Source: Armatimonadota bacterium | GTDB taxonomy: Bacteria; Armatimonadota; SYMT01 | Reading direction: 5' to 3' | NCBI GenBank assembly: GCA_046292385.1 | Contig: JBKBRF010000020.1 | Location: 32,001 to 96,000 of the forward strand | DNA length: 64,000 nt | Part shown: positions 1 through 9,654 of the stretch, one piece after another | Layout of the letters: every line of letters begins with the position of its first letter | Numbering within the stretch: position 1 is the first letter of the stretch | The notes under the pieces: generated by a model | Database searches by the model: none | Told to the model about the DNA's origin: nothing | What the model saw: the letters and a program-made list of their open reading frames with translations, nothing else | Made by a program: the position numbers and the translations under genes

Positions 1-1099
1 GCGGACCGGTCCCGGCCTGGCGCTGGACGGCAAACCCCGCTTCAATCTGGCAAAGCACGATCCCGCCTACTTCCAGCGCCTTCGGGAACGAGCCCAGGGC
101 GCCGGTGAACGGGGGATTTACGTGTCGGTCATGCTGTTCGGCGGCTACCAGGAGGCCGAAGCGGAGTGGGCCGGGAGTCCGTTTCACCGGGATAACAACG
201 TCAACGGCATCGACGGTGACCCCGATCAGGACGGCCTGGGGAGGGAGACACAGAGCCTCGCGGAGCTTCCCGCCGCCGTGGCCGAGCTGCAGAAGGCGTA
301 CGTCCGGAAGGTGATCGACACGGTCGGCGATCTGGACAACGTCCTATACGAGATCTCGAATGAGAGCGGTGGCTATTCCGTCGAATGGCAGAATGACCTG
401 ATCCGGTTCATCAAGAGCTATGAGAAGACGAGGCCGAAGCAGCACCCGGTAGGCCTCACGGCGGTGGATCTGCCTCTGGACCGGGTACGTGCGGAGCTGG
501 ACGCCAGCCCGGCCGACTGGGTGTCGTACCTGTTTGCCGCGAAGCCGCTGGCCGGATTGGAGGCATTCGACCCTCGCAATCCCTTCGTGGCGAGCGGGCG
601 CAAGGTCAGCATTCAGGACTCGGACCACTGGTGGGTGAAGGAGCTCTACGGCGACGCCGAGTTCGGCCGGGACTGGGTGTGGAAAGGCTTCTGCCGGGGC
701 CACAACCCGATCCTGATGGAGCACCTCCCGCCGGTTTCGTTCCTCGACGCCGACTACCCGCTCTCCTCCACTGACCCGGGATACTCGGCCTCCCGCGAGG
801 CGATGGGGCAAACCCGCCGATACGCGGAGCGCGTGAACCTGGCGGCCATGGCGCCGTTGCCAGACCTCGCCTCCACGGGGTACTGCCTGGCGGATCCGGG
901 CCAGGAGTATCTCGTTTACCTCCCCGCTGGAGGCGCCGTAATCGTGGACCTGTCGGCGGCTGCGGGAGAGCTGACAGCGGAGTGGCTCAATCCGGTGGAG
1001 GGTGGAACGGCCGCCGGAACGGTTCCGGGGGGTGCGCGCCGGGAGCTGCGGGCTCCTTTCTCCGGTCCGGCTGTCCTCTACCTCGTCAAACGGAGTTAG
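1..1099 (+). CDS. Partial (5' truncated) glycoside-hydrolase-like protein with C-terminal putative collagen-binding-type domain
   Basis: Frame is open from position 2 (RTGPGLALDGKPRFNL...); YEISNE motif of TIM-barrel GH-like enzymes; C-terminus YCLADPGQEYLVYLP...AEWLNP. Confidence 0.7.
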   Translation, partial: RTGPGLALDGKPRFNLAKHDPAYFQRLRERAQGAGERGIYVSVMLFGGYQEAEAEWAGSPFHRDNNVNGIDGDPDQDGLGRETQSLAELPAAVAELQKAYVRKVIDTVGDLDNVLYEISNESGGYSVEWQNDLIRFIKSYEKTRPKQHPVGLTAVDLPLDRVRAELDASPADWVSYLFAAKPLAGLEAFDPRNPFVASGRKVSIQDSDHWWVKELYGDAEFGRDWVWKGFCRGHNPILMEHLPPVSFLDADYPLSSTDPGYSASREAMGQTRRYAERVNLAAMAPLPDLASTGYCLADPGQEYLVYLPAGGAVIVDLSAAAGELTAEWLNPVEGGTAAGTVPGGARRELRAPFSGPAVLYLVKRS

Positions 1100-1187
1100 T
1101 CGTGGGCGCTCACGGGCAGCGCTGGAAGGAGCGCAGGAGCCGGACGACTAACACACGCTTGCTTGATCGTCAACAGAGGGTTTCGCG

Positions 1188-1640
1188 ATGCCGGAATTCG
1201 ACGGAGTGCTTACGGGACAGGGCTGGGTCTTTATGGAGATCCCGTTCAGCGTGGAAGCGGAGTTCGGCTCGAAGGCGCGGGTGCCGGTGCGGGGCACGAT
1301 GAATGGCTTTCCGTTCCGGAACTCGGTCTTTCCCAAGGGCGACGGGACGCACCAAATGATGGTCTGCAAGGAGATCCAGCTCGGCGCCGGCGCGCGGGCC
1401 GGCGATACCGTCCGGGTAGTGATGGAGATCGACACCGATCCCCGGGTGGTGGAAGCGCCGGAGGACCTGGCGGCGGCGCTGGCGGAGAACGAGGACGCTG
1501 CCGCGGCCTGGGACCGGCTTGCTCCTTCGCACAAAAAGGAGTATGTCCGCTGGATCGAGGAAGCGAAGAAGCCGGAGACCCGCGCCAACCGCATCGCCAA
1601 GATGATCGAGAGGGTCGGCGCGGGCCAGAAGCTGAAGTAA
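1188..1640 (+). CDS. YdeI/OmpD-associated (DUF1905 + OmdA) family protein
   Basis: RVPVRGTMNG..FRNS; PEDLAAAL...LAPSHKKEYVRWIEEAKKPETRANRI. Confidence 0.85.
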   Translation: MPEFDGVLTGQGWVFMEIPFSVEAEFGSKARVPVRGTMNGFPFRNSVFPKGDGTHQMMVCKEIQLGAGARAGDTVRVVMEIDTDPRVVEAPEDLAAALAENEDAAAAWDRLAPSHKKEYVRWIEEAKKPETRANRIAKMIERVGAGQKLK

Positions 1641-1708
1641 GGCGGTCAGCGTTCGAAGGTGCGGTAGGCAGTCGCTCCGGCCCCGTGCGCGGCTCCGCGT
1701 GAAAAGAG

Positions 1709-2704
1709 CTACTTCGGGAGTCGCATCAGCGTCTCGATCTCTTCCGCTACGATCTCCACCGGGCGCTTCTCGACCAGGTACTCGTGGTCGCGGTCGTCGC
1801 GGACCCAGTGGTTGGCGCCGGTCTTCGGATCGACGACGGTGCTGCCCTCCTTGCGGAGCATCCAGAGCGGCTCGGCGCCGCGGACGGCCGCCAGCAGGGC
1901 GGTCTGGTCCCAGCTCTCCCGCGCCTTGCCGGGGCCGACGTAGAGCTCGTAGGCCGCTTTCACCGGGTGGTCGCTCGGAACGGTCTCCTGGAGGGTCTTG
2001 CCGGTGAAGACGCGCGAGCCGATCTCCCAGCCGCTGAAGCGGATCGGGGTCGGCCAGTCCGCCGCCACCCGCTGGGCCGCCGGCGGATCCTGCTCGAAGT
2101 TCCACTCCTTGCCTTCGGGGAAGCGGCCGCCCATCACGCTGAGCAGGCGCACCTTGCGCGCGACCAGCGCGCGGCCGTCGAGCGGGCTGTGCTCGTCCGG
2201 GCCGGAGTCGAGGAGGCGCGGGAGGTTGCTGAGCGGCCCGACGGCGCAGACGACCACGCTCCGGTCCGGCTGGCGGCTCAGGATCTGCCGGTAGACCTTC
2301 GTGGCGTCCGGGGCGCGGTCCCCGTGCTGCAGGTCGTTCGGGAACCGCTTCGCCACCGGCTCCGCGTACTTCGACTCCACCAGGAACCCGGGCCTGCCCT
2401 TGAGGGTGCCGATCGCGATATCCGGGCGGCCGTAGTAGGTGTTCAGCGCGTCGAGGCAGGGAGCGCCATAGGGGTTGGAGGTGCAGCAGAGCATCCCCAG
2501 GATCTTCGCCTCGCCGCGCTTCGCCAGCCCGTGCAGCAGCGCCACCGTGCCGGCATCGTCCACGTCCGGCCCGATGTCGGTATCCAGGATGATCGGCACC
2601 GCGGACCGCCGCTGCGCCTCGCTGGCGGTGCTTCCGGCCAGGAGCAGAGCGGTCGCGGCCAGTGCCGCCGCGGCCAGGATGGAGCGCGTTCCCCTTCGAA
2701 GCAT
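1709..2704 (-). CDS. Secreted nucleoside hydrolase (IU-NH family)
   Basis: Signal peptide; IILDTDIGPDVDDAG, GPLSNL, MGG, EWNF, SWD motifs. Confidence 0.85.
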   Translation of the reverse strand: MLRRGTRSILAAAALAATALLLAGSTASEAQRRSAVPIILDTDIGPDVDDAGTVALLHGLAKRGEAKILGMLCCTSNPYGAPCLDALNTYYGRPDIAIGTLKGRPGFLVESKYAEPVAKRFPNDLQHGDRAPDATKVYRQILSRQPDRSVVVCAVGPLSNLPRLLDSGPDEHSPLDGRALVARKVRLLSVMGGRFPEGKEWNFEQDPPAAQRVAADWPTPIRFSGWEIGSRVFTGKTLQETVPSDHPVKAAYELYVGPGKARESWDQTALLAAVRGAEPLWMLRKEGSTVVDPKTGANHWVRDDRDHEYLVEKRPVEIVAEEIETLMRLPK

Positions 2705-2812
2705 GCCTCGTCGCCTTTCGTCCGGACCTACCGCGCCGCCGGAGCCGGGGCGGGGGTCTTCACCTTCTCGTAAGGATTACACCGGCGGTGGGGAGGAAGC
2801 CTGCCGCAGACG

Positions 2813-2846
2813 AAAAAGGGGAGCCGCGGGTGCGGCTCCCCCCTTT
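2813..2846 (-). terminator. Intrinsic terminator
   Basis: GGGGAGCCGC/GCGGCTCCCC stem with a flanking A-run (U-run on minus strand), downstream of 2867..3205. Confidence 0.75.
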
Positions 2847-2866
2847 GAATCGAACTGCCTGCGGCG

Positions 2867-3205
2867 CTACTCGTCGTCGCCTTTGAACTCTCGCGTCAGG
2901 TCCGCCAGCAGGTCCGGCTTGTCCAGGGAGAAGTGGAAGTCGATCTCCTCGTCCACCGAGATCTTGCCGAGCTTCTGGAACTGCTTCCGCTCGTCGGTGG
3001 AGACCTCGGACGGGATCTCCCGGAGGATCGTGTCGTCCCACTTGTCCTGCTCGATGAACTTCTCGCCCATCCGTTTGCAGCGGGAGCAGCGATACTTCAG
3101 GTACATGAAGCTGGGACCGAACACCCGGACGTACCAGCTCCGCTGCATCACGTCTTTCGCTACGATCCGCTGGCCGCAGTGGCACCGGATGAGTGTCGTC
3201 TTCAT
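2867..3205 (-). CDS. Small hypothetical zinc-ribbon-like protein
   Basis: CHCG and CSRC Cys pairs; coding-like codon use; own promoter and terminator. Confidence 0.75.
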   Translation of the reverse strand: MKTTLIRCHCGQRIVAKDVMQRSWYVRVFGPSFMYLKYRCSRCKRMGEKFIEQDKWDDTILREIPSEVSTDERKQFQKLGKISVDEEIDFHFSLDKPDLLADLTREFKGDDE

Positions 3206-3299
3206 TCTCAGCGATCCTTCCAGAGAAGGGGACCGGCCCCGGAATCAGGCGTCCGCGGAGGCGGCAAGGCGAGATTCCGGTATACCAAACTTACTTGAG

Positions 3300-3308
3300 A
3301 TTATAGCA
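3300..3308 (-). promoter_or_regulatory. Extended -10 element (TGnTATAAT)
   Basis: TGCTATAAT on the minus strand about 95 nt upstream of the 3205 start. Confidence 0.55.
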
Positions 3309-3349
3309 CGGGGTTTGGCGTGGGCCAAATGGGGGGTAGTATCGAATCT

Positions 3350-4231
3350 TCAGCGCTTCTTCGGTGAGGGGTCGGTCTTCCGCTCCTCGCGCAGCAGGAA
3401 TTGCCGCATCTGGCGGGGGGGCAGCTTGCGCTCCTGGCAGAGCGCGACCAGCGAGGCGGGGACCGTTTCCTCCAGGGATGCTTTCTCGTCGCTCTGCACC
3501 AGCACGGTGCGGCCCCGCTTCATCTCCTCGCGGGCGACCGGCTCGTGGGTGACGATCAGGACCTCTTTCCGGACGGCGAAGCGCCGGGTGCGGCGCTCGG
3601 TGCGGATCGTGATCGGCGTGAGGGCGGTGAGGATGCCGACGACCGGCTTCTCGTGGTCTTGCGGAAGTCCCACGCCGCCCAGCTCCTTGACCTTGAAATA
3701 GGGATCCGCGGCTTTGAGCAGCGCCCGGGCGGTCTTCGTGTCCTCCTGGGTCGGGAGCGCGTCTCCGGCGGGCCAGAGGCGCAGCAGCGCACGGACGGAG
3801 GGACGACGCGCCGGCTCCTGCGCCTCCAGCGCTTCCTCTTCCTTTTCCTTCTGCGCATCCGCCGCGGTGGGGGTGGCCTCGTCCGGGTCGGGCTGGGGAG
3901 GGGTGGGAGGCTTCGGGATGATCGGCATCACCAGCACGGCGTCGCCCACCTTCAGGTCGGACCACTTCCCCCGCTTCTGTCGCAGGTACCGCGTCTCGGG
4001 ACCGGTCTCCACGTTCACCCGCCGCGGCAGCCTGGGATTCCAGGGCCGCAGCTCCAGTCCCGCCTCGGTCCCCGTGGTAATCTCGCCGATCAGCACTTCG
4101 CGCTCCCGCTTTCCTTTACCGGCGCTCTCCGGCTCCGGCTCCTGCGCGGCGGTGAGCGCCGGCAGGGGGGCAAGGGCGGCCGTGAGGGCCAGGGTCGCAG
4201 TCGTCAGCAGGATAGGGGTGTACCACTTCAT
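3350..4231 (-). CDS. Secreted hypothetical protein (DUF5666-like beta repeats)
   Basis: Signal peptide; two similar segments, DLKVGDAVLV and EMKRGRTVLV. Confidence 0.65.
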   Translation of the reverse strand: MKWYTPILLTTATLALTAALAPLPALTAAQEPEPESAGKGKREREVLIGEITTGTEAGLELRPWNPRLPRRVNVETGPETRYLRQKRGKWSDLKVGDAVLVMPIIPKPPTPPQPDPDEATPTAADAQKEKEEEALEAQEPARRPSVRALLRLWPAGDALPTQEDTKTARALLKAADPYFKVKELGGVGLPQDHEKPVVGILTALTPITIRTERRTRRFAVRKEVLIVTHEPVAREEMKRGRTVLVQSDEKASLEETVPASLVALCQERKLPPRQMRQFLLREERKTDPSPKKR

Positions 4232-4446
4232 AGATCGGCTCCTGGCTCCAGTCTAGCGAAATTCACCACTCCGTGAAAGCCGGCGCTGCGGGACTAAACA
4301 CGGGGGAACCGGGGCGCGGCGCGCGGGTCTTTAGTCGCGGTAAACCGATTTGGGGGCCAGATAGCTCCCGCTTGATTGGGGTAACACTCTCCAGATAATG
4401 GTCGGCGCCCCGGGCGAGCGGCCGGAGAGTGAGTGAGGATAACGAG

Positions 4447-5253
4447 ATGCGAAAGCAGTGGATGAAATACCTCTTGCCGATCCTGATGGTCGGAGCGCTC
4501 GTAGCGCCGGCCGCGCCGGCGGCGGCCCAGCGCAGCCAGGATATCGGCCAGCAGATGGAGCAGGAGTACGGCGTGCTCGGCAGCAACAGCCGCGAAGGCC
4601 GCATGTGGAACAGCATGCTGGATAACGTGGTGGACCGGGTGGTCGGCGCGGTGAACAGCCAGAAGGACCAGGGCGACTTCCGCCTGCGCAGCGCCAAGAT
4701 CCTCGGCGGCCGCAGTGAGAAGCACGACCGCGTCATGAATGCCTTCGCGCTCCCGGACGGCCGTATCTACGTCACCCTCGGCCTGCTGCGGGCCCTGCAG
4801 GACAGCCAGAAGCCGGAAGATGAGCTGGCGTTCGTGGTCGCCCACGAGGTGACGCACGTGGCGGAGCGCCACAGCCAGAACCAGCAGCAGAAGGCGATCG
4901 GCGCCGGCCTTCTCGGCGCGGTGCTGGGGGCGGTGACCAAGAGCCGGGCGGTGGACCAGGTGATCGGCCTCGGCGCGAACGCCTACGTGAGCCATTACAG
5001 CCGGGAAGACGAGTACCGCGCCGACAAGGGCGGCCTGAAGGCGATGCACCGCGCGGGGTACGATACCCGCTACGCGGCCACCATGCTGAAGCGCCTCGAG
5101 TCGAAGGGCGAGTCCCAGAACGGCTTCATCAACGGTCTGTTCGGCTCCCACCCGCTGACGCAGAACCGTGTGAACCGGGTTAAGGAGATGTCGTCGAACC
5201 TCGAGGCCGGTCGCAATATCGACGGCAAGGAGCGCCGGAACCGGCGCCGGTAG
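4447..5253 (+). CDS. M48 family metalloprotease
   Basis: NAFALPDG, HEVTH, YSREDEYRAD, SHP motifs; signal peptide. Confidence 0.9.
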   Translation: MRKQWMKYLLPILMVGALVAPAAPAAAQRSQDIGQQMEQEYGVLGSNSREGRMWNSMLDNVVDRVVGAVNSQKDQGDFRLRSAKILGGRSEKHDRVMNAFALPDGRIYVTLGLLRALQDSQKPEDELAFVVAHEVTHVAERHSQNQQQKAIGAGLLGAVLGAVTKSRAVDQVIGLGANAYVSHYSREDEYRADKGGLKAMHRAGYDTRYAATMLKRLESKGESQNGFINGLFGSHPLTQNRVNRVKEMSSNLEAGRNIDGKERRNRRR

Positions 5254-5281
5254 ACGGTAAACGGCTGGTGCTACAATTGGG

Positions 5282-5321
5282 GAGAGGCGGTGCCGGACGA
5301 TCCGCACCGCCTTTCTTCTTT
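5282..5321 (+). terminator. Intrinsic terminator
   Basis: AGGCGGTGC/GCACCGCCT stem followed by TTCTTCTTT. Confidence 0.7.
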
Positions 5322-5357
5322 GTACAGCCCTGACCTTTCGGTTCGGAGGATTCCCGC

Positions 5358-6158
5358 GTGCGCACCCCCATCATTGCCGGTAACTGGAAGATGAACAAGA
5401 CGGCCTCCGAGGCCGGCTCCCTGGTCAGCGAGATCGCGGAGGCCGCCGCGCAGTCGGCCGCGGAGGTGGTGGTCTGCCCGCCGTTCACCAGCATCCCGGC
5501 CACGCTCGCCGCCGCGGAGGGCACCGGGATCGGCGTGGGCGCGCAGGATCTCTTCTGGAAGGAGAGCGGCGCCTATACCGGCCAGGTCGCTCCCGGCATG
5601 CTGACCGACCTCGGCGTGAAGTACGTCGTCATCGGTCACTCGGAGCGGCGGGGGCGGTTCGGCGTCCCGGAAGAAGGCTTCACCCCGGAGGTGCTGGCGC
5701 TCTTCGGCGAGTCGGACACCACCGTGAACCTGAAGACGCGCGCCGCGCTGAAGCACGGGATCCAGCCGATCGTCTGCTGCGGCGAGACCCTGGCGGAGCG
5801 CCAGGCAGGCCAGACCGACGCGGTGGTGGCGGGCCAGATCGAGCGCGGCCTGGCGGAGCTCACCGCGGAGCAGGCGGCCGGGCTGGTGATCGCGTACGAG
5901 CCGGTCTGGGCGATCGGGACCGGCGAGACCTGCGCGGCGGAAGAAGCGGACCGCGTCTGCGGCGTCATCCGCGCGGAAGTCGGGCGGCTCTTCGGCCAGG
6001 AAGCGGGAGACCGGGTCCGCATCCAGTACGGCGGCAGCGTGAAGCCGGACAACGCCGCGGACCTGCTCTCCCGCCCGAACATCGACGGCGCGCTGGTGGG
6101 CGGTGCCAGCCTGAAGGCGTCGGATTTCAATGCAATCCTCCAGGCCGCCCGCGCGTAG
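5358..6158 (+). CDS. tpiA: Triosephosphate isomerase
   Basis: AGNWKMN, GHSERR, AYEPVWAIGTG, YGGSV, LVGGASL. Confidence 0.98.
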   Translation: MRTPIIAGNWKMNKTASEAGSLVSEIAEAAAQSAAEVVVCPPFTSIPATLAAAEGTGIGVGAQDLFWKESGAYTGQVAPGMLTDLGVKYVVIGHSERRGRFGVPEEGFTPEVLALFGESDTTVNLKTRAALKHGIQPIVCCGETLAERQAGQTDAVVAGQIERGLAELTAEQAAGLVIAYEPVWAIGTGETCAAEEADRVCGVIRAEVGRLFGQEAGDRVRIQYGGSVKPDNAADLLSRPNIDGALVGGASLKASDFNAILQAARA

Positions 6159-6290
6159 GAGTGATTTCGTGGAGCCGACGGACGGAGCTGTTGAGACAGA
6201 GATGAGCGGCACCTGCGTCGCTTTATACGGCTCCGTCCGTCGCCTCGTCGACGGGCATTCCCGCGGTCGCGGGGCCTCGACGGGAACGCC

Positions 6291-7469
6291 ATGAGCGACC
6301 CGCTCCTCCGGATCGAAAGCGGAGAGCCGGTGCTGGGCATCGGGTTGATGTCCGGCACCTCGGCGGACGGGATCGACGCGGCGGCGGTGGCGCTGTGGCG
6401 GGAACCCGGCGCGCCGGACCGCGTGCGGGCCGAGCTGCGAGCGTTCCAGAGCCGGCCGTACCCGGCCGAGGTGCGAGAGCTGCTCTTCCGCTGCTTCGCG
6501 AATGAGCTCCGCGTGAAAGAGCTGTGCCTGCTCGACGCGCGGCTGGGGGAGCTGTTCGCGGAGGCTGCTGCCGCCGTGGCGGCGGAGGTGGGTCCGGAGC
6601 CGCCGCTCGCCTTTGTGGCGTCGCACGGCCAGACGGTCTGGCACCAGCCGGAGGCGGTGCCGTGCGGGGACGCGCTGGCCCGCGGCACGCTGCAGCTCGC
6701 GGAGGCGGCGCGGATCGCGGAGCGGCTGCGGGTGCCGGTGGTCTCCGACTTCCGCCAGCAGGACGTGGCAGCGGGCGGGCAGGGCGCGCCGCTGGTGCCG
6801 TACGTCGACTACTTGCTCTTCGGGGGCGCGGACGAGAGCCGCGCGCTCCAGAACCTCGGAGGCATCGGGAACGTCACCTACCTTCGCGCCGGGGGGCGGC
6901 TGGAAGAGGTGCTGGCGTTCGACACCGGGCCGGCCAACGCGTGGATCGACGCCGCCGCGAAGCTGGTCACCGGCGGCCGGCTGGCGTGCGACCTGAACGG
7001 CGAGCTCGCCGCCTCCGCGCCGGTCGACGCGGAGCTGCTCCGGCGGCTGCTCTCGGAGCCGTACTACTCCCAGCCGCCTCCCAAGAGCACCGGCCGGGAG
7101 CTGTTTACGGAGGGGCGGGTCCGGGAGCTGTGGGACGCCGGCTACCGCGGCGGCGCGCTCGTCTCCACCCTGACCCAGCTCACGGTCGAGACGGTCGCCC
7201 GGGCGTACCGGGACTGGCTCGGGCCGGTCGACGCGGCGGTCCTCGGCGGCGGCGGCGCCAGGAATCCGGAGCTGGTGCGGCGCCTGCGCCAGGCGTTGCA
7301 GCCGGCGCGGGTGCTGCTGAGCGAAGAGCTGGGGATCGACGCGGAGGCGAAGGAAGGGGTGGCCTTCGCCATCCTTGGGTACCAGACCCTCCGCGGAATC
7401 TCCTCGAACGTCCCCTCCGCCACCGGAGCCGCCCGGCCGGTGGTGCAGGGGAAGATCACGCTTCCGTAG
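6291..7469 (+). CDS. anmK: Anhydro-N-acetylmuramic acid kinase
   Basis: GLMSGTSADGID, SHGQT, GGQGAPLVP, FDTGPAN, PPKSTGRE. Confidence 0.95.
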   Translation: MSDPLLRIESGEPVLGIGLMSGTSADGIDAAAVALWREPGAPDRVRAELRAFQSRPYPAEVRELLFRCFANELRVKELCLLDARLGELFAEAAAAVAAEVGPEPPLAFVASHGQTVWHQPEAVPCGDALARGTLQLAEAARIAERLRVPVVSDFRQQDVAAGGQGAPLVPYVDYLLFGGADESRALQNLGGIGNVTYLRAGGRLEEVLAFDTGPANAWIDAAAKLVTGGRLACDLNGELAASAPVDAELLRRLLSEPYYSQPPPKSTGRELFTEGRVRELWDAGYRGGALVSTLTQLTVETVARAYRDWLGPVDAAVLGGGGARNPELVRRLRQALQPARVLLSEELGIDAEAKEGVAFAILGYQTLRGISSNVPSATGAARPVVQGKITLP

Positions 7470-7531
7470 CACCTGATAGCGGAGGCCTCTCGCCGGCGCT
7501 CGATCGTGGTCCGGCGCCCGCACCCACTGGC

Positions 7532-8734
7532 ATGAGCATCTCACAGCGCGGCTCGAGCGAGCCGTTTCCCGAAGTCACGGTCGGCGACGTCCTGGAGGCG
7601 CTCGACTGCGCGGCGGTCGTCTTCGATCGCGGCGGCATCCTGGTGGCTGCCAACGGGCGGGCGGCAAGCTGCCTGCAGACCGGCGGCTCGGAGCTTCTCG
7701 GGCTCACGCACGACGCCTGGCGAGCGCGTCTGCGGGAGCGGTTCAGCCCGGGCCGCGCCGGGGCGCGCGGGGGGGAGGAGTGGTGGCTCTCACTGGGTCA
7801 CCCGACCCGGCTCTACCTGCTTTGCGTGCAATCACTGCCGGACGGACGGGGTATTCTGGAGACACTGCGGGAGGCGGGCGAAGAGGACGGCGAGGACGCG
7901 CTGCGCCGCACCGAGGAGCGGCGCTCCCGGGAGGTGGAGGCGCTGGAGAGCCGCCTGGAGCAGGTAGAGCGGTTCAAGATCGAGCTCACGGCCAACGTCA
8001 CGCACGACCTCCGCACGCCGATCGCCAGCATCAAGGCGGCAGTCTCCGGCCTGCTGGCGGGAGACGTGGCGTACGATCCGGCGGCGCTGCGGGAGACGCT
8101 GACGCTGATCGAAGAGGAATCCGACCGGCTGCAGCGGCGAGTCCAGAACCTCCTCTCCATGTCGAAGATGGAAGCGGGAGACTCGGTGGAGAGCCGGGAC
8201 TGGGTCGATCTCCAGGACGTCGTCTACTCCGCGCTGGAATCGCTGCGCTCGGTCCGGGCGGACCGGGCGGTGAAGCTCGACTTTCCGGACGACCTGCCGA
8301 TGGTACTGGGGGATTACCACCAGCTCCAGATCGCCATCCAGAATCTGGTAGAGAACGCGTTTCTTTACTCGCCGAAGGACCAGCCGGTTGAGATCAGCGC
8401 GCGCGTTGGGCTGGGACAGGTCCGCCTGCGGGTGCGGGACTACGGCGCCGGCCTGATGCCGGATGAATCGGAGCAGATCTTCGAGAAGTTCTACCGGGGG
8501 AGATCGGCGCGCCGCATCCCGGGCACGGGCCTCGGGCTGCCGATCTGCCGCGGGATTGCGGAGGCGCACGGCGGCCGGCTGTGGGCGGAGCACGTGCCGG
8601 GGGGCGGAGTCCAGTTCGTGGTCTCCTTACCGCTGGATGAGCAGCCTCCGGAGCTGGAATTGGCCGGAGTAGAGGGCGAGGCGCCGGAAGACGGAGCCGG
8701 GCAGAATGAAGAAGATAAAGATCCTGGTAGTTGA
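7532..8734 (+). CDS. Soluble sensor histidine kinase (PAS-like domain + KdpD-type kinase core)
   Basis: HDLRTPIASI H-box, NLVENA, DYGAG, FEKFYRG, GTGLGL; no transmembrane helix; start trimmed to ATG 7532. Confidence 0.88.
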   Translation: MSISQRGSSEPFPEVTVGDVLEALDCAAVVFDRGGILVAANGRAASCLQTGGSELLGLTHDAWRARLRERFSPGRAGARGGEEWWLSLGHPTRLYLLCVQSLPDGRGILETLREAGEEDGEDALRRTEERRSREVEALESRLEQVERFKIELTANVTHDLRTPIASIKAAVSGLLAGDVAYDPAALRETLTLIEEESDRLQRRVQNLLSMSKMEAGDSVESRDWVDLQDVVYSALESLRSVRADRAVKLDFPDDLPMVLGDYHQLQIAIQNLVENAFLYSPKDQPVEISARVGLGQVRLRVRDYGAGLMPDESEQIFEKFYRGRSARRIPGTGLGLPICRGIAEAHGGRLWAEHVPGGGVQFVVSLPLDEQPPELELAGVEGEAPEDGAGQNEEDKDPGS

Positions 8735-9410
8735 CGATGAGCCGCAGATCGGTCGGATGCTCCGGACGCAGCTTTCCGCCCGAGACTACGACGTGGTCCA
8801 CGTGCCGACCGGCGCCGAAGGGCTCGTGGCGGCCGGCGACCAGCAGCCGGACCTGGTCCTGCTCGACCTCGGCCTGCCGGACCTGGATGGGCTGGAGGTA
8901 GCCCGCCGCATCCGGGAGTGGAGCGCCGTCCCGATCATCTTCCTCACGGTGCGAGACGACGAGCGGACCAAGGTCCAGGCGCTCGACATCGGCGGCGACG
9001 ACTATGTCACCAAGCCGTTCGGCATCCCGGAGCTGCTCGCCCGCGTCCGCGCCGTGCTGCGCCGCAAGACGGAGCAGCCGTCGGCGGCGTCCTCCGTCTT
9101 CGAGAGCGGGGATCTCAAGGTCGACTTCACCGCGCGGCAGGTGACCGTCGGCGGCAAAGAGGTGCGCCTCACCCCTACCGAGTACGAGCTGCTCCGTCTC
9201 TTCATCCTGCACGCGGACAAGACGCTGACCCACCGGCAGCTCCTGACGCAGATCTGGGGGCCGCAGTCGACGCAGGAGACGCAGTACCTCCACGTCTTCA
9301 TCCGCCAGCTCCGCCGCAAGCTGGAGCAGGATCCCGGCAGCCCACGCCACTTCGTTACGGAGCCGGGCGTCGGCTACCGCTTCCGCACCCAGGGCGGCGC
9401 GGTCGGCTAA
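8706..9410 (+). CDS. KdpE-like OmpR-family response regulator
   Basis: VDDEPQI, LDLGLPD, DDYVTKPF, LTHRQLL, TEPGVGYRF. Confidence 0.92.
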   Translation: MKKIKILVVDDEPQIGRMLRTQLSARDYDVVHVPTGAEGLVAAGDQQPDLVLLDLGLPDLDGLEVARRIREWSAVPIIFLTVRDDERTKVQALDIGGDDYVTKPFGIPELLARVRAVLRRKTEQPSAASSVFESGDLKVDFTARQVTVGGKEVRLTPTEYELLRLFILHADKTLTHRQLLTQIWGPQSTQETQYLHVFIRQLRRKLEQDPGSPRHFVTEPGVGYRFRTQGGAVG

Positions 9411-9573
9411 CCGGAGCGCCTCCCTGGGTGCACTCGGCCCGAGTCACGTTCGGGGCTCGCCGAATCGCGTCTCTGCCCTGGAGCCGCCTCGGCGCCTTGG
9501 CTGCCGGTGCGACTCCCTACCTCGCCAGCGTGGCGTCTTTCTTCTTACTTCTTTCCTCTCCCATCTTGCTAAT

Positions 9574-9588
9574 TGGTACGCGGCTTGC
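9574..9588 (+). promoter_or_regulatory. Putative sigma54 (-24/-12) promoter
   Basis: TGGTAC-GCGGC-TTGC, one change from TGGCAC-N5-TTGC, 66 nt upstream of 9655. Confidence 0.55.
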
Positions 9589-9654
9589 CATGGGAGGAAG
9601 CGAGGGACCGGCCAACAATATGGATGAGAAGCATCCGACTCTCCCTCTACCCGC

